Assembly (NCBI GenBank): GCA_964456885.1
Contig: CAYWDE010000001.1
Span: forward strand, 112 to 64,111
Length of the DNA: 64,000 nucleotides
From: an uncultured bacterium
Lineage (GTDB): Bacteria; Chlamydiota; Chlamydiia; Chlamydiales; SM23-39
Reading direction: 5' to 3'
The notes under the pieces are model-generated. The model saw only the letters and a list, made by a program, of their open reading frames with translations. It searched no databases and had not been told where the DNA came from. Within the stretch, counting starts at the first letter, position 1; each line of letters begins with the position of its first letter. This document shows positions 34,628 through 43,898 of the stretch, in pieces. A program made the translations under genes and the position numbers.

Positions 34628-36130
34628 TCAGATCTCTTTGAATAGATCTTCAAGCATAACTTGATTTGCTACTATTTCTTCTGAGTACATTGTTGGTTGA
34701 AGACCAAAAGTAGTCACCATAGCTAGAAAAAGCTGTTTTTGCGTTCTTGTCTGTTTTCGAAAGATGTCCATTTTTTTCAGTAAAGCTTGCGCATAAGCTT
34801 TATCGATTACAAAAGGTTTGTCAGAACATTTGATTTCGCAAATTGTAATTGTTCCATCGGGACGATCGAAAAGTAGATCGATCTGCGCTCCTCCCTCATC
34901 TGTCTTAGATCTAGGTCTATAACGCCAGGTGCCAGCAATCGAACCTGGATCTAACTTTAGCGCCACGCGAATTTGATCGATGTGCTTGTAGCATATGGAT
35001 TCAAACGCTATGCCTGCCCAACTTTTCCAGGCGGGGCGTTGAGATAGCGAAAGCCAAAATCCTTTATGTGCCGCCTTTTTTGCGATCGTTTTCAAGTTGG
35101 GTTCAATCCAGTGTAAATAGAAAAGGCAATATTCATCATCGATTACGTAATAAACCCCTTTATCTTTATGCCCATATGGGACAAGACTAGTTATAAATCC
35201 AGCTTCTTCTAGTTGTTGGAAGCGATGAACTGTAGTTCCTCCAGGAGGAAGTTTAGATTTGGCAATTAAATCGGCTTGGCCAATCCCATATCGATGCGAT
35301 GCAATAATTCTAACGAGATCTATGTAAGGTTTGGGGTCTTCAAAAAGAGAAGCAAAAAGTCTTCCAAATTCTTTAACTAGAGCGCCGCCATTTTGAAAAC
35401 ACAGTTTATCTATACATTGGTGCGCAGAGAGCCCTTTGCGAATAAAAGACCAGTAAAGCGGTACTCCCCCGAAAACGGTATAGAGATCGAGAATTTGACG
35501 ATGTTCGAGATGGATGTGGTGCTCAGTCAAAAATTTTTTTGTTTCAATGAGAGAAAAAGGTTTTAGATGGATCGTGCAAGTAGTCCTGTTATGAAGCCCA
35601 CCTTTATTGTTAATGATTTTCTCAATGATCCAGGAAGTCGCTGAGCCGCAAACAATGAGCTTAAGTCTAGGATCGAAAACCCAATAGCGATTCCAATATA
35701 GTTCTAGAGCCGTAAGGAGTCTTGAACGAGGGGTCATCATCCAAGGCAGTTCGTCAAAAAAGAGTACGACTTTTTTATTCTTCGGTTGTTTTGCAACAGC
35801 TTGTGTGAGGTCTTCAAAAGCATCACGCCAGCGCTTTCTAGGCGAGATAGGCGCACCTTGATAAAAAGTTGTCCCTATTTGAATCGCAAATTCTTCGAGT
35901 TGTTCATGCAAAGAACCTTTTTGAAGACCTGTCACATGAAAAACCGCGCAAGGGACTGTGTCCATAAAATTTTTAATCAAATAGGTCTTTCCAACTCTTC
36001 GGCGTCCGTAAACAACGACAAATTCAGCCTTTTTAGAGCTAATAACGTCTTTTAAGGCCTCTCGCTCTGTTTCCCGTCCTATGATAGGGCCGACGAGAAT
36101 TGGTTCCTCATTATCTTTCTTTTTAGTCAA
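34628..36130 (-). CDS. ATP-binding protein, archaeal-ATPase/DUF234-like, paralog 2
   Basis: IIGRETEREALKDV...FVVVYGRRRVGKTYLIKNF. LFFDELPWM. C-terminal QIDLLFDRPDGTITICEIKCS. Confidence 0.65.
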   Translation of the reverse strand: MTKKKDNEEPILVGPIIGRETEREALKDVISSKKAEFVVVYGRRRVGKTYLIKNFMDTVPCAVFHVTGLQKGSLHEQLEEFAIQIGTTFYQGAPISPRKRWRDAFEDLTQAVAKQPKNKKVVLFFDELPWMMTPRSRLLTALELYWNRYWVFDPRLKLIVCGSATSWIIEKIINNKGGLHNRTTCTIHLKPFSLIETKKFLTEHHIHLEHRQILDLYTVFGGVPLYWSFIRKGLSAHQCIDKLCFQNGGALVKEFGRLFASLFEDPKPYIDLVRIIASHRYGIGQADLIAKSKLPPGGTTVHRFQQLEEAGFITSLVPYGHKDKGVYYVIDDEYCLFYLHWIEPNLKTIAKKAAHKGFWLSLSQRPAWKSWAGIAFESICYKHIDQIRVALKLDPGSIAGTWRYRPRSKTDEGGAQIDLLFDRPDGTITICEIKCSDKPFVIDKAYAQALLKKMDIFRKQTRTQKQLFLAMVTTFGLQPTMYSEEIVANQVMLEDLFKEI

Positions 36131-36340
36131 TTTAAGTCGCTTATAATAAGTTTGTTAAACATATATTGGTGCAGGCGCTGCGTTTGAGCATTTTATATTT
36201 GGCAGATCAACACATGTTTTTTGTTTCACCTGCTGTTTATAACAGTAACAAACGCGGCAGATGAACACAAACGATTTTAATATAGGCTTTTCCACGATAT
36301 GGCTGCCTTCACAAGGGCATTTATGCAGCAGTTGCTGCGC

Positions 36341-36366
36341 AATTGTTCCACAGCTGTGGAACTATT
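36341..36366. repeat. Q-box copy 4 (AATTGTTCCACAGCTGTGGAACTATT; 18-bp perfect core 36345-36362)
   Basis: About 215 bp upstream of the ATPase-2 start. Confidence 0.9.
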
Positions 36367-36982
36367 TAAAGTGTTGTGCATCGATCAAGCCTCTCATGAG
36401 AAATCCCATAAAATGTAGAAAACAAAGGCCTCCCAGTAGTTTGAAGGGGTCGATAAAACTCATGGCTAAAGAGATGGCGGGGCTTCTTCTCACTATTTTT
36501 GCGAGCAAAGAGGCTCCTAACCACCACAGATATTGAATGAAAATAAGTAGGGGAAAAAAGGGAGTCTGCTACGCTACAAAAGCCAAAACGAACTGATTTT
36601 TCTCTTTCTACAGCGAAGCCATCTCTAAACCACGAAACAGTAATTAAGGCCAAAATTCCAAATATCAGGAAAGGAGCATATTGAGAAAACTTTTTGAGAT
36701 TTTCTATTGTGAACCAGAAATTCTCATCTTCGCTATGGCTAGATGGAATAAAGCTTTGAGCCAATGTTTTATAATCATAGGGTTCTTGGCATTCACACCA
36801 GGGATGCCACTGAGCCCCTCTTTTATCAAAAGGGTTCAATAAGAAATCCTTTAGAAGGGGCATAGAGCCTAGTTTGAACCGATCCCAATGGCCAAAGAAG
36901 AGAGAACTGCGATCCGGACGACCCTGGCGCACCCGATAAGCCCAAATTTGCCCCCTTATGCGATCGTTTTAAATAAGCCCAT
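36366..36982 (-). pseudogene. mosaic remnant: three 5' fragments of a traD_F copy fused to the 3' part of a second traS-like gene
   Basis: DNA 36716-36852 aligns with 28999-29135, 36853-36880 with ~29290-29325, and 36880-36982 with 29721-29837. Downstream FTIENLKKFSQYAPFLIFGILALI aligns with FTMENLRKFSLYAPYLTLGLIAII of ORF 39252-39728. Confidence 0.8.
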
Positions 36983-37148
36983 GCATTACCCCAATCCCCA
37001 AAAATAGCCCGTTGAAGTCTTTCATGTCTATCGACCCATAATCGCTTCCAAATTTGGGCTTTATCAAGATATTTTTCCACGATTTCAAAATACTTACCCA
37101 TTCATTTCCCCAGGAGAGGCAAGGCTCTATTCTTAACATATTCTTAAA

Positions 37149-37170
37149 TTGTTCCACAGTTGTGGAACAA
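37149..37170. repeat. Q-box copy 5 (TTGTTCCACAGTTGTGGAACAA, central mismatch)
   Basis: 176 bp upstream of the abiEi-2 start and ~48 bp from the minus-strand ORF start at 37101. Confidence 0.9.
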
Positions 37171-37345
37171 ATGTGCGACCGTCTGAAAACAATCGATTAA
37201 ATTACGTAGCAGCTGTGTACCTATATGGGGCAGCTCATGAAAAGGATTGTAACACGAAAATCCCTTATAATAAAATATTTATGGATGGTTCTATTTAATC
37301 TTTAAAACATACCCAATTGACTTAATTGGGTATGTTTTGTAGAAT

Positions 37346-37945
37346 ATGGCTATGAGAAAGCTAAAGTACATGAAGCTGTTAGAGCCGTTCCATAATGTCC
37401 CCTTCTTTACCAGCGAAGAAGCAGAAAAACGGGGCATTCCTAGACACGCGCTTGCTTATTTGGAAAAAAGGGGAGATCTGGAAAGGGTTTTTCCTGGAGC
37501 ATATCGTTTTTCTGAATACACACCAGAGGTCGAATTTCAATGGGAGAATTTAGGTCTCATTGCAGCTAGCGTCCCTGAAGGCGTTATCTGTTTAATTTCT
37601 GCCCTCGTCTTTTATGATTTGACTGATCAAGTAATGAGAGAAATTTGGCTTGCAGTTCCGCACAAATCTCATCCACCTAAACGGCCTAACACTAGAATTG
37701 TCAGGATGCGAAACATTGATCTTGGGAAAACCCGCATTACTCTTGGTGAATACCAAGTACAAATTTTCGATAGAGAGCGCTGCATTATAGATGCTTTTCG
37801 TTATCTAAGTAAGGAAATCGCAATCAAGGCGCTGCAAAGGTATTTTCAAAGCAGAGCAACTAAACCTGACCCAAAAAAACTGGGCGCATATGCAAAAAAA
37901 TTACGCGTAAATATAACCCCTTATATTTTATCCTTTACAACATGA
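37346..37945 (+). CDS. abiEi: AbiEi-family antitoxin/transcriptional regulator, pair 2
   Basis: FFTSEEAEKRGIPRHALAYLEKRGDLERVFPGAYRF. EGVICLISAL is shared with pair 1, otherwise divergent. Confidence 0.85.
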   Translation: MAMRKLKYMKLLEPFHNVPFFTSEEAEKRGIPRHALAYLEKRGDLERVFPGAYRFSEYTPEVEFQWENLGLIAASVPEGVICLISALVFYDLTDQVMREIWLAVPHKSHPPKRPNTRIVRMRNIDLGKTRITLGEYQVQIFDRERCIIDAFRYLSKEIAIKALQRYFQSRATKPDPKKLGAYAKKLRVNITPYILSFTT

Positions 37946-38802
37946 CATCAGACGCAGAAAAATCCTTTAAAGCCAAACTCCGCGCAATCGCCAAAGAAAA
38001 AAATCGCGATCCTGCAGACTTTTGGCAAGGTCTTACATTAGAGCGCTTTCTGGTCCGATTAGCTAAATCAGAATACTCGAAGAGCTTTATCCTTAAGGGA
38101 GGCATCCTCCTATCAAAATACATTGAAATTGGCAGAGAGACAACCGACCTGGATTTTTTAGCTCAAAAAATCAGCAATCAAATCAACAAACTGAAGGTTG
38201 TTTTTGAAACAATTGCCAGCATTGATCTCCACGATGGGTTCTCTTTTCGGGAGATTAAAGTGAATGAACTTGCTCATCCGCATATGGGTTATCCGGGAGT
38301 GGAGATATCCATGATGGCCTATTTCGGTAAAACAAGGTTTAAAGTGGCCATCGATATTGGATTTGGAGATATCGTCAATCCAATCAAATATGCGATTCCT
38401 CTCACAACCTCTTCCAAGGGAGATCTTTTCGAACGAAGCGTCAGTCTATCTTGTTATCCTAAAGAATTTATTTTTGCCGAAAAGTTAGAGACTGTTATCT
38501 ATAGAGGCTCATTTAATAGCCGCATGAAAGATTTCCATGATCTTTATTCTATAACAGCCTCACCAACTTTCTCTTCTTTTCACGATCTCGAGGCGATCAT
38601 CCGCCTGGTATTTGAGCATCGAAGAACCAAACTCGCATTACCCATTCTTTTTACAGAGGATGAAATGCTTCGAATGCAAAATTTTTGGAACGAGTATCTC
38701 AGAAGCCTACGTCCAGAGCATGTATCCTCCCTTCCTGGGGATATTGCCGATCTCATTTCTAAAATCAACGGATGGCTTCGATCCAACACTAGGTTAATTT
38801 GA
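37942..38802 (+). CDS. abiEii: AbiEii/AbiGii-family nucleotidyltransferase toxin, pair 2
   Basis: ERFLVRLAKSEYSKSFILKGGILL...RETTDLDFL. 4-bp overlap with abiEi-2. Confidence 0.88.
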   Translation: MTSDAEKSFKAKLRAIAKEKNRDPADFWQGLTLERFLVRLAKSEYSKSFILKGGILLSKYIEIGRETTDLDFLAQKISNQINKLKVVFETIASIDLHDGFSFREIKVNELAHPHMGYPGVEISMMAYFGKTRFKVAIDIGFGDIVNPIKYAIPLTTSSKGDLFERSVSLSCYPKEFIFAEKLETVIYRGSFNSRMKDFHDLYSITASPTFSSFHDLEAIIRLVFEHRRTKLALPILFTEDEMLRMQNFWNEYLRSLRPEHVSSLPGDIADLISKINGWLRSNTRLI

Positions 38803-38854
38803 TAAGGTGGATAGTCGTATGTCTTGGAAGATTCGTAGTGCAAAAGATGGGGAC

Positions 38855-39148
38855 AATTTGCGCACCCTGATAAAAAGTTTTACCGAGTTGGTTTGCAAAT
38901 TCCTCTAGTTGCTCTGATAAAGATCCCTTTTGGAGGCCAGTTACATGGAAGTAGACGCAAGAGATGGAATCCGCAAAATTCTTGATGAGATAGGTTTTTC
39001 CCACCCTATGATGTCCGTAGATAGCAATAAACTTTGCTTTATTTGAGACTACCAGGTTTTTCAAAATTTTTAGTTCTCGCAAACGACCAAGGATTTTATC
39101 TGGGCCTCTGGGCTGCTTCCCGCGAGATTTATTTATTTTTATTCCCAT
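38855..39148 (-). pseudogene. 3'-truncated third copy of the ATPase/DUF234-like gene (first ~98 codons only)
   Basis: KAKFIAIYGHHRVGKTYLIKNFADSISCVYFHVTGLQKGSLSEQLEEFANQLGKTFYQGA is close to residues of ATPase-2. Homology stops ~50 bp from the abiEii-2 stop. Confidence 0.8.
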
Positions 39149-39251
39149 AAACTTTCTGTTTTAATACCTAATATTTAGGTGTTTAAGTATTCTATTTCTG
39201 TCACGCCAATTATGTTAAGTTTATAAGTGGCGCGATATCACAAAGCTTTAT

Positions 39252-39728
39252 TTATTTCGCTCCAAGGCTAGCCAGCCCTCCAATAATGAAGCCCAGAATA
39301 TGCACCAGGCAAAACCCTCCGAAAGCTCTAAGCGGATTAAAAAAGCTCATGACGAGAGGGATCGCAGGGCTTCTTTTTACTATTTTTGCAAATAGAGAAG
39401 CTCCTAGCCAATACAAATATTCAAGCACTACGACTATAAACATCATGCCATCAGCAAAAAAGTAGAAGCCATAACGAATTGATTGGCTTTTTTCTCCGAC
39501 AATAATATCTCTTATAAATGAAGCGAAGATTATGGCAATGAGCCCTAATGTGAGGTATGGAGCATACAAAGAAAATTTTCTGAGATTTTCCATCGTGAAG
39601 ATGTCAGGGGCTCCTTTTTCTTTTGGGAAAAAGTAATTGAATGTTTGAATCAGTTTCGGATAAGGGAAAATCTCGGAATAATGAGGAACTGTATTTTCAA
39701 TTTTTTTGGGTTGTTCATTCATTTTCAT
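39252..39728 (-). CDS. small polytopic inner-membrane protein directly after traG; positional analogue of the F TraS entry-exclusion protein
   Basis: Start ATGAAAATG overlaps the traG stop (track start 39797 lies inside traG). 3-4 TM segments. No sequence motif, so this is a positional inference only. Confidence 0.45.
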   Translation of the reverse strand: MKMNEQPKKIENTVPHYSEIFPYPKLIQTFNYFFPKEKGAPDIFTMENLRKFSLYAPYLTLGLIAIIFASFIRDIIVGEKSQSIRYGFYFFADGMMFIVVVLEYLYWLGASLFAKIVKRSPAIPLVMSFFNPLRAFGGFCLVHILGFIIGGLASLGAK

Positions 39729-42534
39729 TACCCATGGTTTTTTGATCTTTTGATGAAAACAGCGCATTCCATAGAGAAGCAATGGAAGATATTGCATACT
39801 GAGGAACAGCGAGTTGAAATGGCGATAAAGTTTTATCGATTTCAGCTTTCACGTCTGTTCTTTTGGATTCAAATCGATCGGAGACATCTCCTTCTAATCC
39901 CTGATTAACATCTTGCCGTGTCTCATCTTTTCCTGAAGAAATACGAGCTGCTGTGTGACTGACTTCTGCCCCAAGTTCTCCAAAATCATGTCCTATTTTT
40001 GAACTCATTTGTTCCATGAAAGCCATTTTATCCCTTTCAAATGTTTTTTTGGAAATACCTTCGGGATAATTCATATTTACTTCAGAAGGAGGGCTCACGT
40101 TTTCAATAGGCTTCTTATTTGGTAGATAGTCGCTGACAAATTCATCGATTAAGATTCTCTTGTTTGGATCCGTATTATTGAGTTCTGTTGCATCGACAAT
40201 CTGACCAACATCTCCTCCATATTTGTCCGTTAAAAATTCAACAAATCGTTGGTTGAGATTTTGGTGTAAGGAGAGGTTTTCGCTTTCTGCATAGCTTTGG
40301 AGATTCGAAAGTGACTCCTGCCTTGAGTAAGCGGCTCTCCATTGGTCTATCGAGGCTTCCGTCTCGTTTAAGGATTGCACAAAGTCCTGATGCAGCTTTG
40401 CGTCTTCGGAGCCGAGAACACTTGCAACTTCCCCGCTTGATAGGTTTCTGATCGTTTGGAGATGGTGTTGAAACCCACTTGACTCGCTGGCTCTTTCGCT
40501 TTCTGTATCAGATGAATGCCTTGAGACACCGTCTTGAGCACTCATTTGAGCCTCCCCTTTTACTCCTATCATCTTCCAAGCCCCGCTAGTGCCAAGGCTG
40601 CCTGATAGCAATTCCCGGAATGCCATATCTTTTCCCACGCCTCTTGATTCGGCATATTCATCAGCGACATTCTTGATGTATTGGAAAGATTCCTGTGTGC
40701 TGCTCATTTCCTGACTGCTGAAGTTTTCTCCTTTTTGCAAGTGTCTGGAGATTGCGTCTACGAATCCTACGCCTTTATTAGCTGAGTTTGTAAGACTTGC
40801 TGAAACAGCATTGGAAGACTCATGAACAGCTGTTTGGGAAGAGGAAAGCGAGTCTTGAAGGGAGCTGCTGAAAGCTTCGGTTCTAGATATTCCTTCTCGA
40901 AGGTAGGAATCGCTCTGCTTTAAGTAAAGTTCATTTTGCAATGGGGCGTAGGTTAGGGTTTGCGAGCCAGAATCAATTCCTACGCTGCCTTGGGAAAGCA
41001 TGCCGCTGTAGGTCTGGCGGAACATTTGGGCGTTGTAGCCGCTGGTGCTGTCCAGGCTGATGTTGCCGAAGCTATAGTTGCCAGAAGTTCTTTCAGCGGC
41101 GGCCGTGGAAGCGGCTGATTGGGCTGGGGACATGATCGAAGAGGCTAAATGGACCATTTGGCTGACGCCACCTTTTAGGAGGATCCAAGAGAGGTAGGGA
41201 ATGAAAGCAAGGGCTATGGCGGCAATCGACTCCATCGAACTGTAAAGATCGGAAAGCCCTTCCGAACTGAAGATTGTCAGGGACTGACTTTCTCCTAGAA
41301 TTGTCTGTTTGCGGGCATCCCAAATGGAATTAAGTAGGAAATTCACAACAATGTAAAAGAGGGGCCAGGTGTTTACCCAAAGAACAAACTGGATCCATTG
41401 GATGATCGCCTGCATGCCGAAAGAGAGAAGAGCGACAATCAGGACAACAGGGAAGACCATATAAATAGCAGCTTCAAAGAAATTGCGCATGGCAACAAGG
41501 GAAGAGGCTCCTAAGGCACCGAGAATTTTTTGATTCTCTTTTTGGAGTATTTCAGCTCGTTTGGCCGCAAAAGAGTTAAGGCTGCCTGGGATCTCTTCTT
41601 TAAGGATATCAATGGCAATTTGCTGTTTCATGAGATTTTGCAATTCGCGCTCCCCTAACTGCTTTTGGCCTAAGAGGAAATGAACTTGGTTGCCAATTTC
41701 TCCAAAAAGTATTTCTTTCGCATTTCCCTCTTTCCCATTAAGAAGTTGATTCATTTTCTTCATCGCTTCATGGCAGGTAAGGCACTCAGATTCAGGGGAT
41801 CCTTGCAGGAGAGGATCTTTATAGAACATCGTCCTCATATTTGAGGTGTTTTCCTCGAGGAATTTAAGGATGTTCGGGGTTTTAACGAGTTGATCTTTTG
41901 TATAGAGGCCAATGCCGATGTCGCGGAACACACATTCGCGGCAAAATTCCCGAAAGTCGTCTTCGAGAGCCGGATTTGAGATACGGCATTTCCTTGCTTT
42001 AAAGATATTCTCCCCTGCATAAATATTGCCAGTCCAATCATACATCTTGTCATTGGCCCCATGGACCCGATCTGTAAAAAGCCTCTCCAGCCGGTAGCTA
42101 ACTTCGCTGACTAGAGTAGCGAATTTGCCGAGAAAGAAGGGGACATTATCGATTTTTTTTGTCCCCCAAACGACCGCAGAGGGGGCCTTTTGACCAATAT
42201 GGTCGATAATCAACACAGACGTCCTAGGAACAAGCAAGCAACAGACAATCCCAACTGAAGGGAGGAAGAAAGTTTTGAATAGGGGGTCGAATTTTTCTCT
42301 AAAAAAAGCGAGACAGGCGCAGCAAAAGCCACCAACCATCATAGAAAGCCTCAAAATCCCATTAAAAGCCTTCCCAATCCCCGACTGGGCATCTCCATAG
42401 ATCATGAGAGCGATCGCATTAAAGACTTTTTCGAGGAGAGGCCCTCCCCCATAGGTATGGATAGCTGTATCGGTATCCCCAGCAAAGCAGGAAGAAGCTG
42501 CAAAAACAGCAACGAGCAGAAAGAAAGTCCTCAT
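39715..42534 (-). CDS. traG: F-type TraG (mating-pair stabilisation / pilus assembly)
   Basis: 939 aa. Signal peptide then IHTYGGGPLLEKVFNAIALMIYG (TraG_N-like), a polytopic N-half, and a Ser/Gln-rich C-half. Confidence 0.85.
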   Translation of the reverse strand: MRTFFLLVAVFAASSCFAGDTDTAIHTYGGGPLLEKVFNAIALMIYGDAQSGIGKAFNGILRLSMMVGGFCCACLAFFREKFDPLFKTFFLPSVGIVCCLLVPRTSVLIIDHIGQKAPSAVVWGTKKIDNVPFFLGKFATLVSEVSYRLERLFTDRVHGANDKMYDWTGNIYAGENIFKARKCRISNPALEDDFREFCRECVFRDIGIGLYTKDQLVKTPNILKFLEENTSNMRTMFYKDPLLQGSPESECLTCHEAMKKMNQLLNGKEGNAKEILFGEIGNQVHFLLGQKQLGERELQNLMKQQIAIDILKEEIPGSLNSFAAKRAEILQKENQKILGALGASSLVAMRNFFEAAIYMVFPVVLIVALLSFGMQAIIQWIQFVLWVNTWPLFYIVVNFLLNSIWDARKQTILGESQSLTIFSSEGLSDLYSSMESIAAIALAFIPYLSWILLKGGVSQMVHLASSIMSPAQSAASTAAAERTSGNYSFGNISLDSTSGYNAQMFRQTYSGMLSQGSVGIDSGSQTLTYAPLQNELYLKQSDSYLREGISRTEAFSSSLQDSLSSSQTAVHESSNAVSASLTNSANKGVGFVDAISRHLQKGENFSSQEMSSTQESFQYIKNVADEYAESRGVGKDMAFRELLSGSLGTSGAWKMIGVKGEAQMSAQDGVSRHSSDTESERASESSGFQHHLQTIRNLSSGEVASVLGSEDAKLHQDFVQSLNETEASIDQWRAAYSRQESLSNLQSYAESENLSLHQNLNQRFVEFLTDKYGGDVGQIVDATELNNTDPNKRILIDEFVSDYLPNKKPIENVSPPSEVNMNYPEGISKKTFERDKMAFMEQMSSKIGHDFGELGAEVSHTAARISSGKDETRQDVNQGLEGDVSDRFESKRTDVKAEIDKTLSPFQLAVPQYAISSIASLWNALFSSKDQKTMGNENE

Positions 42535-43898
42535 CAGACGCCTCTTTCCTTTTCCCGGAGAGTCCTATCGATGTTAATCAGATAATCGATTGTTTGCTGT
42601 TCAGCTGAAATCTTTTGATAATTCTCCATATTGAGTGTCTGTAGATCCTTTAAAACATCGTGGACTTGCTTGATATACTCATTGAGTTCGTAGCCACTTA
42701 CTTGAGCCGCTCGAAGCGCTTCTGCTTTATTGAGGGTATCGCGCGCGACTTCTTCTGCGAATTTTAGTACCCTTTCAAAAGCGATCAGATCGCTATAGCG
42801 GTCGATCGAAATAATCGCCCCCTTCCCATTGTATTGAGTCATAAGAGACAAAAGACTTCCCATAGGGAAGTGGGTTGTACTGATCAGATTTCTTTCTTCA
42901 TCGGTTAGGACTTGGTTCCTCTCTTTATTTTCATTGAGGATCTTTTCCTGAATCTGGCGCAATAGCTTAAAAATCCGGGTTTTCCAAGCGCTTTCTACCG
43001 GAACATGGAGAGATTCTGATATTTTGACCTCTGCCCCATCCTTATCAATCTTGTAGGCTTTTGCCATACTCCCTCCAAAACGGAGTAATTCTATGGCTTT
43101 TTTGTACATGGGGGGATAGACCCGAACGCTTTTTTCAATCTGGCCATTCTGAGACATCTCCTTGACGACGATTGTCCCTGTGATATTCATAAACAGATTT
43201 TTGGTCTCTTCATCTAGGGACATTTGTGAGAGGGCTTTCCAAGCAACGTTATAGTCCCCGACCAGGATATTTTGATTGCCCCCTTTAACTTGCTCAAAAG
43301 TTGCATCCCGTTTTGTAGATTCTCGGCAACCATGCCGGGCTTCGATAAGATCTCGGAAGATAGGGGTTCCGCTCCCTGCGTGTTCGCAGATATAAGAAGA
43401 AGCTCTTTGGGTTTTGGGCCAAGCTCCCTGCACGAGGGATGTAGCGATCTCACAAGAATTGATATTGATTGCATTGAGTTGGTTCGCCCAAGTCTGAATC
43501 TGCTTCATTGTAGAAGAAACGACAGGAGAAACGGTCTCTACTCCTAAAAGAAAGGCATAAGCAATCCCATTGGTAGCGATGCTTTTAAGAGCTTTTTTCA
43601 TTTCCTCTTTGCTGGCAATATTGATCCCCCCTAAAGTGAAATCAATCCCCCCGCAGCCAGCTGTAAAATTAGGTAGCTGGACGTGTATGGGGTTTACATC
43701 ATAGACAGTTGTCCTCACTGCACCGCTGGTTCCCAGGAAATTGACTCCGAGGTTCGAATTCATGGACTCCGAAGAAGTGACATTGGATGCTACATTGAAA
43801 TTTTGGAAAAATTGGTCAATCTTCTTATTTAAGTTATTTTCCCCACATAGAATGGACATTTTTAACAAAATTAGGCCTGTCGTCAGGAATTTATTCAT
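42534..43898 (-). CDS. traH: F-type TraH
   Basis: 454 aa. Signal peptide, FTAGCGGIDFTLGG motif. 1-nt overlap with the traG start. Confidence 0.85.
   Translation of the reverse strand: MNKFLTTGLILLKMSILCGENNLNKKIDQFFQNFNVASNVTSSESMNSNLGVNFLGTSGAVRTTVYDVNPIHVQLPNFTAGCGGIDFTLGGINIASKEEMKKALKSIATNGIAYAFLLGVETVSPVVSSTMKQIQTWANQLNAININSCEIATSLVQGAWPKTQRASSYICEHAGSGTPIFRDLIEARHGCRESTKRDATFEQVKGGNQNILVGDYNVAWKALSQMSLDEETKNLFMNITGTIVVKEMSQNGQIEKSVRVYPPMYKKAIELLRFGGSMAKAYKIDKDGAEVKISESLHVPVESAWKTRIFKLLRQIQEKILNENKERNQVLTDEERNLISTTHFPMGSLLSLMTQYNGKGAIISIDRYSDLIAFERVLKFAEEVARDTLNKAEALRAAQVSGYELNEYIKQVHDVLKDLQTLNMENYQKISAEQQTIDYLINIDRTLREKERGV

Noticed and set aside
36826-37157. ORFs 36826-37101 and 36969-37157 (-) as genuine genes
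   Set aside because: The first reads through degraded traD_F 5' sequence in the wrong frame. The second overlaps it and Q-box 5. Both are treated as part of the mosaic remnant, although the first 40 codons after ATG 37101 could be the relic of another gene.
41093-42062. ORFs 41093-41323 and 41835-42062 in alternative frames within traG
   Set aside because: Both are same-strand, out-of-frame ORFs inside a 939-codon gene. They are Ser/Arg-rich translations with no independent signals.
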